From Macrostomum lignano (taxonomy: Eukaryota): DNA of 64,000 nt. Both the position numbers and the translations under genes were made by a program. The notes below the pieces were generated by a model, which was not told the origin of the DNA, made no database searches, and saw only the letters and a list, made by a program, of their open reading frames with translations. The stretch spans positions 186,001 to 250,000 of the forward strand of contig NIVC01000022.1 of NCBI GenBank assembly GCA_002269645.1, read 5' to 3'. Shown piece by piece: positions 47,641 through 59,700 of the stretch (position 1 is its first letter; each line of letters starts with the position of its first letter).

Positions 47641-48241
47641 AACATCAGTAAAAAATGCGATTCCAAAAACTTTCCAAGGGTAAGTGTGACAAGATAATTC
47701 AGATGCAGAACAAGAAACCGCGGCGCTTAGCGTGACGTTGTAATCAGAAATTTTAACATATTTAATATAAAGTAAGTAAAACAAATACAATATTATAAAA
47801 AATGCTTATCAAGTAAGATACGAATTTAAAGCAGTTCAAAGTCCTAATTACAAATAAAAAACTTTTTAATTGTCTTTTATTTTCATCTTTTGAAAGTGAC
47901 TCATGTCTAAAAATAGTGCATAGTCGCGCACTTATTTAACGCTTGGAATTTCACAATTTCTCACCGATCCATCGCTTTCGAACAGCTATCAAGTTTACGA
48001 GTCCGCCAAGTAAACTTCCCGAGTCAGCTTTGCCTTTACCGGCAGAATCATTACAGAAGTAACTGGTGAGTTGAAGGATTCGAAAAGGAAGATCTGTCTT
48101 CCCGCTAAAGTTTTAGTTGCAACCGGTGGCAACTCTGTTAATTGGAATTTGTACTTTCGAAATGATTTCAGATCTAACAGTCGAGATTCAGTCGTCAGAC
48201 GCAACCCAGTCTTATTCGAGCGGCCGTTGCACCAAAAGAAA

Positions 48242-48403
48242 ATGCCCAGTCAAACCCAGAGTAATGACGCAAAAATACAATACGACGCTGTTAGCCGAGC
48301 CTCGTGGCGAGATTGGTGCCACAGGCCGCAGAATCCTTTCCACGAGCCGTTCGCCATTGTCCGGCCGTCCGCGCACTTCGCCCAATCGCTGTGGCCTATT
48401 TAG
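48242..48403 (+). promoter_or_regulatory. Out-of-frame upstream ORF (53 aa) overlapping the bZIP start
   Basis: First ATG of the predicted spliced leader (AAAATGC); ends at TAG 48403, past the in-frame ATG at 48264. Confidence 0.5.
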
Positions 48404-48998
48404 CAGGACCAAGCCCGACGCTGACCCCGCTCCTGCAGACCTTGACCTGGACGACGACGCTCTTCTAAGTCTAATAAATCCTAAAATGGAGTCTCAAATA
48501 TCGGTGCTTTCAACTGACAGCGGAATTCTCCCAAGCGACATTCGCAATTCATCCTTTGTTGACGATGTAATCGGAGAGCTGACTAGCCAAGGCATTTGCC
48601 ACACGGACATCATCAGTGAGCCAAGCGAAGCGGAAGCTCCAGTGGCAGTGGCAATTCCCGCAAGTCCAGTTGAAACCCGTAAGCGGAAGGCTTCATCACC
48701 TCTTGAGCTGCCAGTTCTGTCTCCAAATTCAATCAGTCCAGATGACCACAGCACACAGCAGGATCAACTTTACTCAAGAAGCAGCAATGCTGAAGATCTG
48801 AAGCGGATAAAGAACAATGAGGCATCAAGGAAGTCCAGGGCAACTCGCAAATATAAGAATGGCCTGAAAGAGGAAGAAATTGCCACTTTGGAAGAAGAGA
48901 ACCTCCGACTCAGTGTGCTGCTAAAGGACTTCAGCCAAGTTGCTGCCACTTGCAAAAGGTGGCTTGTTCAGAAGATGGAAAATCCTGCCAAGGTTTAA
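48264..48998 (+). CDS. bZIP transcription factor (C/EBP-PAR-Xrp1-like basic region), 244 aa, single coding exon
   Basis: Basic region KRIKNNEASRKSRATRK followed by a heptad zipper (IATLEEENLRLSVLL). A probable 5'UTR intron at 48066..48171 removes the ATG at 48162; AATAAA at 49061. The start codon is uncertain (48264 or 48486). Confidence 0.85.
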   Translation: MTQKYNTTLLAEPRGEIGATGRRILSTSRSPLSGRPRTSPNRCGLFSRTKPDADPAPADLDLDDDALLSLINPKMESQISVLSTDSGILPSDIRNSSFVDDVIGELTSQGICHTDIISEPSEAEAPVAVAIPASPVETRKRKASSPLELPVLSPNSISPDDHSTQQDQLYSRSSNAEDLKRIKNNEASRKSRATRKYKNGLKEEEIATLEEENLRLSVLLKDFSQVAATCKRWLVQKMENPAKV

Positions 48999-50894
48999 AC
49001 AATTTTGTAACTTTATTATTTTTATCAACTAACAATTAAACTAGAAGCTTAAAGATCAATAATAAAGTTTTTATTGTTATTTACTATTTATTTCTGTTTA
49101 AATTCAATCTGTATTCTGAATCCATCAATTCATATTTGTGATTTGCCATTGGATCTGAATTGATAAATTTTTATGTGCTAAAAAGTTAGAAAAAAGCACA
49201 AAATTGCAGCAAAAATTCTTCTTAAAAAGCTCCAGTTCTACTGGCATATTTTAAAAAATTGTCTTTACATACTGTATGTTTTGCTTATTAACTGCAGGGA
49301 TATTTTGTGAAACCTGGCAGTCAGAACTTTTCATTTTTGTAGGTATTTTCTTTCATATGTTTATTAAAGTTAATAAAACTTGTACTCATACTCTTATTTT
49401 ATGATTTCTTTCTTAGTAATTCTTATGCACCAATCTTTTGTTGAAGCTTTGAAGGCAGAGAATTTCTTTGCACTGGTTTCATCATCCAAAAATTATTGCA
49501 GATCTACATTATCTTAAATTTCTTGCACCTAATATTTCACCAGTTAATAGCTTGCATGGATGTTTTACAATAAAAATAGCTTATATTTGGTGTAAAATGT
49601 ATTTGGATTCTGCTTATTTGAATCTTAAACTTGAATTTTCTTTCTAAACTGGGGCTGTTAGGTGTTTATTAAAAATATATATTTAATAAGTTTCAAGTTT
49701 CTGGAATGTTGAATTTATGCATTTTTAAACATTACTTTCAAGTGTTCTTGTGGTTTCGATACAAATAAAATTACAAGTGTTTTTAAACGCTCAAATATTT
49801 TTTAATTTGAGTTCAATAACTATTAAACTTGTAAAAAGTGAATTATTATTTACTTTAATAATTATTATTTATTTTGGTATTAAAAATTACATACTAAAAT
49901 AGTTTACATGTAATTACCGGATGGTAATTTCCCACTCAAAAACTTCCCATTAGTACAGAACTCTAGAAGTGCAAAAAATGCGAGAAGTCTGCTCGCCCTC
50001 TATTCTCATCGCGTCACCGCGTGTGACCGCATGCAGCCCCGTCCCCTGTGTGGAGACCATGCACTGAATTGTTTTGCAGGCCTTGCTTGCAACTCTTCAA
50101 GTGCTTGAGTGAGCAGGGTGGGGGTTACAGTAAAGAGAGCTGTAGAGTGACGCTAAGTTGTAAATTTAGCCTGTCCCTCTCCTCATTGTTTGGTTGCCAT
50201 GATGATAGCAGGCCAGGCAGTGCAAAGCTGAGGCAGACTGTACTTTAGATTAGCTGTACACTCAGGCGCGCTCTATTGCAAGTTTCATCTCCTTCATTTC
50301 TCTCCAGCAGCTATTCTTAGAAAATGACGAGAAATTGCACCACTGCATTAATTCACTCAGTTTCTTATCTTTCTGTAACTTTTTTTAAATACTCGTATAG
50401 TGTAATTTTAGATACAAGGATAGAACAGGTGTGTGCAACAGCTTTTATCAAATAGTTGCATATGAATAAGCTGCATGTACTCTACTCAAAGCTACTCTAC
50501 TCAAAGCTATTCTGCTATAAAGGGCTGTTGTTTGCATGTTCATAACATAAACTACTCCCTATAAATAGCTTCATATAACCTATTATTTCTACTAATAGTA
50601 GGCGACTTCGCACTTGCACAAGCAGTTTTGAGTGCTAAATGTGAAAATGCTAGCTTGTCTAATTGACATTTAAAAAACAAAATAAAGGAACTTTTTTATT
50701 TTTGCAAAAAACAATTGCGAAGCAGCTCACTTATTTCTAATGTGAGAGCTACAAATCGTAACTCTAGTTCCACACCAAGATGTGTAGCTCTTGCATCAAC
50801 TCAACACATATGTCATTCATTTCTCTCTAGCGATCGTATGACATCATGTCTCTTCTTTTAACACTTTGCTTTTTTTGTCCTTGTTGCCCTCCTC

Positions 50895-52170
50895 ACCTGC
50901 GATCCCTTCTCACTTCACCCTACTCTCCCTGACTCCCTTCTCACTTCCCTACTCTCCCTGACTCCCTTCTCACTTCACTCTACTCTCTCTGACTCCCTTC
51001 TCACTTCACCCTACACTCCCTGACTCCCTTCTCACTTCACCCTACACTCCCTGACTCCCTTCTCATTTCACACTACTCTCTCTGACTCCCTTCTCACTTC
51101 ACCCTACTCTCCCTGACTCCCTTCTCACTTCACCCTACTCTCGATCTGACTCCCTTCTCACTTCACCCTACTCTCTCTGACTCCCTCTCACCCCATCCTA
51201 CTCTCCCTGACTCCCTCTCACCCCATCCTACTCTCCCTGACTCCCTCTCACCCCATCCTACTCTTTCTGACTCCATTCTCACTTCACCCTACTCTCCCTG
51301 ACTCCCTCTCACCCCATCCTACTCTCCCTGACTCCCTTCTCACTTCACCCTACTCTCCCTGACTCCCTTCTCACTTCACACTACTCTCTCTGACTCCCTT
51401 CTCACTTCACCCTACTCTCCCTGACTACCTCTCACCCATCCTACTCTCCCTGACTCTCTCTCACCCCATCCTACTCTCCCTGACTCCCTCTCACCCCATC
51501 CTACTCTCCCTGACTCCCTCTCACCCCATCCTACTCTCCCCGACTCCCTTCTCACTTCACACTGCTCTCTCTGACTCCCTTCTCACTTCACCCTACTCTC
51601 CCTGACTCCCTCTCACCCATCCTACTCTCCCTGACTCTCTCTCACCCCATCCTACTCTCCCTGACTCCCTTCTCACTTCACACTACTCTCCCTGACTCCC
51701 TCTCACCCCATCCTACTCTCCCCGACTCCCTTCTCACTTCACACTACTCTCTCTGACTCCCTTCTCACTTCACCCTACTCTCCCTGACTCCCTCTCACCC
51801 ATCCTACTCTCCCTGACTCTCTCTCACCCCATCCTACTCTCCCTGACTCTCTCTCACCCCATCCTACTCTCCCTGACTCTCTCTCACCCCATCCTACTCT
51901 CTCTGACTCCCTTCTCACTTCACCCTACTCTCCCTGACTCCCTCTCACCCATCCTACTCTCCCTGACTCTCTCTCACCCCATCCTACTCTCCCTGACTCC
52001 CTTCTCACTTCACACTACTCTCCCTGACTCTCTCTCACCCCATCCTACTCTCCCTGACTCCCTTCTCACTTCACACTACTCTCCCTGACTCCCTCTCACC
52101 CCATCCTACTCTCCCTGACTCCATCTCACCCCATCCTACTCTCCCCGACTCCCTCTCACCCCACCCTACA
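50895..52170. repeat. 31-32-bp CT-rich minisatellite
   Basis: CTACTCTCCCTGACTCCC.. units. Confidence 0.9.
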
Positions 52171-53049
52171 GTTTCTCCCGCCGCAGTCCTATTCTTCATT
52201 GCTTCCTCAGATTTCAATAAAACAAAGACAAGCAGCAAGGCAACCAAGCCAACCATGTCAACCATAACTAGGGTCGGGTTACCGCGATTGCGTTATAATT
52301 GTGTTGTCATAAGTTATAGAGAGCAGAGAAGAAGTCACATTATAGTTAGCTAATGCCGGGCATTCGCGCCGAGAACAACTGCCATTGTCCAACCATCTAC
52401 GATAAAAATGTTCAAGACTGTGACAGCAGAGACGCAGGTTTAATTCGAGAGAAATTTAAAGAAATAATTATTTAGCTCAGGTACAGCTCCGCATGGGTCA
52501 TATATAGGTTACGCATGCATATAAAGTATATATAGTATGCCGAAGAAAATGAAAGTTTTCCAGGAAGAAGGCAGATGCGCGTGCTCAAATCTGGATCTTA
52601 TACTTTGTTGGTCTTGTGTTGCATTACAGGATGGCAAAAATAATAGCCCGTATATTCTAACTTATGGCGCTGCACGCGGATCACGGTGAAACTGCCCGGG
52701 GCAAACATGACCTCGGGCTCAGGGGACTGTTTTAGTAAAAGTACACAGACAAGCCAACAAGTTCCTGATACGACATATGAAACCAAAAATCCCCATTTGT
52801 TCTCTTAAGAAACCATGAAACAGAAAAATAATTATTAGTCGAATTTTCATAAAATCTGAGTTGAAATTTACAGAAGAGCTCAGGGAACTGCGCTAAGGTT
52901 TAGCGTGCGCAGGCACTAGTTTAGTTCGTGTACTACTTCTAGTGCGCATGTACTAATCAAAGTGCGCCCACACTCGTGATAAAAGTGCACTGGCACCGCA
53001 TCAGTCCGCATGCACTTTTCGGATAAATCGACTGGCCTCCTGAATCCCT

Positions 53050-53145
53050 GGCACTGACTGGGCACTGATGGCTGCCTTCCCATGGCACTGACTGGGCACT
53101 GATGGCTGCCTTCCCATGGCACTGACTGGGCACTGATGGCTGCCA
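53050..53145. repeat. 34-bp tandem repeat, about 3 copies
   Basis: GGCACTGACTGGGCACTGATGGCTGCCTTCCCAT at 53050, 53084 and 53118. Confidence 0.85.
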
Positions 53146-53776
53146 GAAAAGTGCGTGCGGACTTTATGACCTTTTTCGGAGGTCTGAATTGCTTTCGCGC
53201 TAAACTTTACTACTAAAAATAGAAAAAGCAAACAACTTAAAGAGAACAGAAAGGCGGTCAACAAAACTGCAGATGCAAAAGAAAAACCGGAAATGTTCAG
53301 AAAGAAATTCAGCATTTAAAAAAAATTGTTAAAGGCCATGTCGCAAGCAAAACTGAGTTAACAGTCTGCTTTAATGTTTCGAGTTTCGAATACGACCAGT
53401 TCGGTGAATTTCATTAAAAAGCTTATGAAAAAATATTTGCTATGCCGTAGTCTATAAATTAGAAAATCGAAAAATAGATTATTTGTTATAATGCTTGTTG
53501 TTTCAGTCCACAGGAACAGCTTCTTTCAACGACGCCCATTCGCTCAAGAAGCCCAGAAGAAATCTAGTCGAACCCTGTCTTAATGAAAAGTACATTCAAC
53601 AGAAAGTTATTAGCAGTCAGCATAGATATTAACAAAACAGTATAGAAAATTGAATTTGGAAAGAATTCGCAGAGCTTCCAGCACACAGAAACTGCATCAA
53701 AGGGCCATAAATATTTGCGAAAACAGGAAGAGGAAACAATTAAAACTGATGGTCAGATTATAGAGAGCTCAGACTG

Positions 53777-56700
53777 TCAGACACTGGACTCGGCAGTGCT
53801 GCACACTCCCGAGGCGACTGGCAGGTCCACGTTGAACTGCAGGATGTTGTAGGCCTTCAGCGAGGCCAGGATGACGTACAGCACCCACAGGCCGATCATG
53901 CAGACTCCGCACACCCACTTCACCGCCTTGGGGCCGCCCAGCTCACCGCCGAGTGCCTGCGAATCGTTTGGAAAAGGGATATTTCCGATGTCTGACAGGC
54001 AGTTCCCATGTCTGACAAGGCAGTTCCCATGTCTGACACTTAGTTCCCATGTTTGACACTTAGTTCCCATGTCTGACACTTAGTTCCCATGTCTGAAACT
54101 TAGTTACCATGTTTGACACTTAGTTCCCATGTCTGACAGGCAGTTCCCATGTCTGACACTTAGTTCCCATGTTTGACACTTAGTTCCCATGTCTGACACT
54201 CAGTTCCCATGTTTGACAGGCAGTTCCCATGTCTAACAGTTAGTTCCTATGTCTGACAGGCAGTTCCCATGTCTAACAGTTAGTTCCCATGTCTGACACT
54301 TAGTTCCCATGTCTGACAATTAGTTCCCATGTCTGACACTTAGTTCCCATGTCTGACACTTAGTTCCCATGTCTGACAGTTAGTTCCCATGTCTAACAGG
54401 TAGTTCCCATGTCTGACACTTAGTTCCCATGTCTGAAAGTTAGCTCCTATGTCTGACAGTTAGCTCCCATGTCTGACACTTAGTTCCCATGTCTGACAAT
54501 TAGTTCCCATGTCTGACAGTTAGTTCCCATGTCTAACAGTTAGTTCCCATGTCTGACAGTTAGTTCCCATGTCTAACAGTTTGTTCCCATGTCTGACAAT
54601 TAGTTCCCATGTCTGACAGGCAGTTCCCATGTCTGACAGGCAGTTCCCATGTCTGACAGGCAGTTTCCATGTCTGACAGGCAGTTTCCATGTCTAACAGG
54701 CAGTTTCCATGTCTAACAGGCAGTTCCCATGTCTGACAGGCAGTTTCCATGTCTGACAGGCAGTTTCCATGTCTGACAGGCAGTTTCCATGTCTAACAGG
54801 CAGTTTCCATGTCTGACAGGCAGTTCCCATGTCTGACAGGCAGTTTCCATGTCTGACAGGCAGTTTCCATGTCTAACAGGCAGTTCCCATGTCTAACAGT
54901 TAGTTCCCATGTCTGACAGGCAGTCCAATCGGTCTGGCTCGTAAATCTATGGCTTACACCAAAAGCCCCAAAGTCTCAGTGTCAACTCACTCGTCTCACG
55001 AACAGCGCTATGATGCACACGGTGGCCACGGTGAGGAAAAACACCAACGACTGAAACAGATTGTCCGGGTCAACGCAGTAGGACTTGCCCTTGGCCGCCG
55101 CGTAGATGGTGGCGATGCACCACGGCAGGCCGAGGCCCAGGAATACGTTGACACTGTTGGAGCCTGCGGTGCGGGATGTTGATTGACAGTGATTAACAGC
55201 CATGGAGTTAGTGATTGACAGTGATTGGCAGTGATTGGCAGTGATTGACAGTGATTGGCAGTGATTGACAGTGACAGACAGTGATTGACAGTGATTGACA
55301 GTGATTGGCAGTGATTGACAGTGATTGACAGTGATTGATAGTGATTGACAGTGATTGGCAGTGATTGACAGTGATTGACAGAGATTGACAGTGATTGATA
55401 GTGATTGACAGTGATTGATAGTGATTGACAGTGATTGATAGTGATTAACAGTGATTGACAGCGATTGACAGGATTGAGAGGATTGACAGTAATTGACAGT
55501 GATTGATAGTGATTGACATTGATTGACAGTGATTGACAGTGATTGACAGTGATTGGCAGTGATTGACAGTGATTGACAGAGATTGACAGTGATTGATAGT
55601 GATTGACAGTGATTGATAGTGATTAACAGTGATTGACAGCGATTGACAGTAATTGACAGGATTGACAGTAATTGACAGTGATTGATAGTGATTGACAGTG
55701 ATTGGCAGTGATTGACATTGATTGACAGTGATTGACATTGATTGACAGTGATTGGCAGTGATTGACAGTGATCGACAGAGATTGACAGTGATTGATAGTG
55801 ATTGACAGTGATTGATAGTGATTGACAGTGATTGATAGTGATTGACAGTGATTGATAGTGATTGACAGCGATTGACAGGATTGACAGGATTGACAGTAAT
55901 TGACAGTGATTGATAGTGATTGACAGTGACAGACAGTGATAGATAGTGATTGACAGTGATAGACAGTGATTGACATTGATTGACAGCGATAGACAGTGAT
56001 AGACAGTGATTGATAGTGATTGACAGTGACAGACAGTGATAGATAGTGATTGACAGTGATAGACAGTGATTGACAGGGATTGACAGTGATTGACAGTGAA
56101 TGTGGTAGCCTTGCTGATATTTTTGTGTACTTTTATCCCCAGACAGTCTCACCCGTCACATTGCCCACGCTGTTGTCGGCGTATTCGTCCTGCAAAGCGG
56201 CGGTGCGGCTGGCGAAGGTGTCCGGCAGGGAGGTGCCGATGGCCACGATGGTGATGCCCGTCACCGCCTGGTGGATGCCCAGCACGCAGCCCAGCAGGTT
56301 GCCCAGCTGCGGTGGTTCGGCCGGTGGCGGGGTGGGCGAGTGTAAGTCTCTGGGAGATTTCTGCCCTGCCCCGGGGGCGTCTTTAGCGGCGTCATAAATG
56401 GGTTCTCAGTGTGCAGGAGATGTGTACCAATAGAGATTGGTATTCAGGCGTGCCAGTGATGGGTATTCAGGCGTGCCGGAGATGGGTATTCAGGGTTCCA
56501 GAGATGGGTATTCAGGGTGCCAGAGATGGGTATTTAGGCGTGCCAGAGATGGGTTTTAAGCGTGCCAGTGATGGGTATTTAGGTAGGCATGCCAGAGATG
56601 GGTATTTTGGGTGTTAGAGATGGTTATTTAAGCGTGCGAGAGATGGGTATTTAAGCGTGCAAGTGATGGGTATTTAGGCGTGCCAGAGATGGGTATTTAG

Positions 56701-59700
56701 GCGTGCCAGAGATGGGTATTTAGGCGTGCCAGAGATGGGTATTTAGGCGTGCCAGAGATGGGTATTTAGGCGTGCCAGAGATGGGTATTTAGGCGTGCCA
56801 GAGATGGGTATTTAGGCGTGCCAGAGATGGGTATTTAGGGTGCCAGAGATGGGTATTTAGGCGTGCCAGAGATGGGTATTTAGGCGTGCCAGAGATGGGT
56901 ATTTAGGCGTGCCAGAGATGGGTATTTAGGCGTGCTAGAGATGGGTATTTAGGCGTGCCAGAGATGGGTATTTAGGCGTGCCAGAGATGGGTATTTAGGC
57001 GTGCCAGAGATGGGTATTTAGGCGTGCCAGAGATGGGTATTTAGGCGTGCCAGAGATGGGTATTTAGGGTGCCAGAGATGGGTATTTAGGCGTGCCAGAG
57101 ATGGGTATTTAGGCGTGCTAGAGATGGGTATTTAGGCGTGCCAGAGATGGGTATTTAGGCGTGCCAGAGATGGGTATTTAGGCGTGCCAGAGATGGGTAT
57201 TTAGGCGTGCTAGAGATGGGTTTTCAGACAGTCTAAATGGATTTTCAAGAAATCTTCAAGATTTTCTTCAATAAAATTGATCTCTGACAGGTTATTTAAT
57301 TAGCGAGCATAGGCTACCTGCTCAACAAAGGCCGTCATGGTTCCGATTATGATCAGCGAGATGACGAAGGCCGGGTATGCCTTGAGGTATTGCCTGCACA
57401 GCGGGTGGTTTGATGGAGAAAATATTTTGCTCCTTTGAACATTATTGAATAATTATTCAAGGAATTTTATAATCAAGAAACTCCATTTTGCATGCACTTT
57501 CTTAACCCAAATATTGATACCTGATGCCTAGATCCTAACTTATTAATCCCCGTGAATCCTACTCGTTTATCCCCTAGATCCCACTCACTGATCTCCTAGA
57601 TCCCAAAAATTTATCCCTACTCACTGATCCCTAGATCCCACTCACTGATCCCCTAGATCCCACTCACTGATCCCCTAGATCCCAAAAATTTATCCCTACT
57701 CACTGATCCCTAGATCCCACTCACTGATCCCCTAGATCCCACTCACTGATCCCCTAGATCCCAAAAATTTATCCCTACTCACTGATCCCTAGATCCCACT
57801 CACTGATCCCCTAGATCCCACTCACTGATCCCCTAGATCCCAAAAATTCATCCCTACTCACTGATTCTCCAGATCCCACTCACCGATCTCCTAGATCCCA
57901 CTCACTGATCCCCTAGATCCCACTCACTGATCCCCTAGATCCCAAAAATTCATCCCTACTCACTGATTCTCCAGATCCCACTCACCGATCTCCTAGATCC
58001 CACTCACTGATCCCCTAGATCCCACTCACTTATCCCCTAGATCCCAAAAATTCATCCCTACTCACTGATTCTCCAGATCCCACTCACCGATCTCCTAGAT
58101 CCCACTCATCGATCCCCTTGATCCCACAAATTTATCCCCTAGATCTCATTCACTGATCCTCCAGATCCCACTCACTGGTCTCCTAGATCTCACTCACCGA
58201 TCCCCTAGATCCCATAAATTCATCCCCTAGATCCTAGTCAGTCAGCCTCCAACTCAAGGTTAAACCCTGACTCAGACTAAGCCTGAGGGTCCTTATTCAG
58301 ACCCAGCCATTCAATTTTGCTTTCATGTTTGCCAAGATTCCAATTTCCGCAATTCCGCTACACTTTTCTTACGTGGGCGGCACCAGGGCGATCAGCACTT
58401 TAAAGAAGAAAGTGCAAAAGTGCAGCAGCAAGTCGAGGCCGCTGATCTCGTTGGGATTTCCGTCTTCATCCTCGCCGGCGTCGATGCTCATCGCCCTGGG
58501 ATTGGTGGGAAATTCGGCCTTGTGAGCAGCTTGGGAGAGACAGATTCAGTGAGCAGAGAGGAAAATTCAATGAGCAGAGAGAAAGATTTAATGAGCAGAG
58601 AGGCAGACTCAATTAGCAGAGAGGCAGATTCAATGAGCAGAAAGGAAGATTCAATGAGCTGAGAGGCAGACTCAATGAGCAGAGAGGCAGACTCAATTAG
58701 CAGAGAGGCAGATTCAATGAGCAGAAAGGAAGATTCAATGAGCTGAGAGGCAGACTCAATGAGCAGAGAGGCAGACTCAATTAGCAGAGAGGCAGACTCC
58801 ATGAGCAGAGAGGCAGACTCAATGAGCAGAGAGGCAGACTCCATGAGCAGAGAGGCAGACTCAATGAGCAGAGAGGCAGACTCAATGAGCAGAGAGGCAG
58901 ATTCAATGAGCAGAAAGGAAGACTCAATGAGCAGAGAGGCAGATTCAATGAGCAAAGAGGCAAATTCAATGAGCAGAAAGGAAGATTCAATGAGCAGAGA
59001 GGAAGCTTTAATGAGCAGAGAGGCAGACTCAATGAGCAGAGAGGCAAATTCAATGAGCAGAAAGGAAGATTCAATGAGCAGAGAGGAAGCTTTAATGAGC
59101 AGAGAGGCAGACTCAATGAGCAGAGAGGCAGACTCAATGAGCAGAGAGGCAAATCCAATGAGCAGAGAGGCAGACTCAATGAGCAGAGAGGCAGACTCAA
59201 TGAGCAGAGAGGCAAATTCAATGAGCAGAGAGGCAAATCCAATGAGCAGAGAGGCAGACTCAATGAGCAGAGAGGCATACTCAATGAGCAGAGAGGCAGA
59301 CTCAATGAGCAGAGAGGCAGATTCAATGAGCAGAGAGGAAGACTCAATGAGCAGAGAGGCAAATTCAATGAGCAGAGAGGCAAATTCAATGAGCAGACAG
59401 GCAGACTCAATGAGCAAAGAGGCAAATTCAATGAGCAGAAAGGAAGATTCAATGAGCAGAGAGGAAGCTTTAATGAGCAGAGAGGCAGATTCAATGAGCA
59501 GAGAGGCAGATTCAATGAGCAGAGAGGCAGACTCAATGAGCAGAGAGGCAAATTCAATGAGCAGAGAGGCAGACTCAATGAGCAAAGAGGCAAATTCAAT
59601 GAGCAGAAAGGAAGATTCAATGAGCAGAGAGGAAGCTTCAATGAGCAGAGAGGCAGACTCAATGAGCAGAGAGGCAAATTCAATGAGCAGAGAGGCAGAC

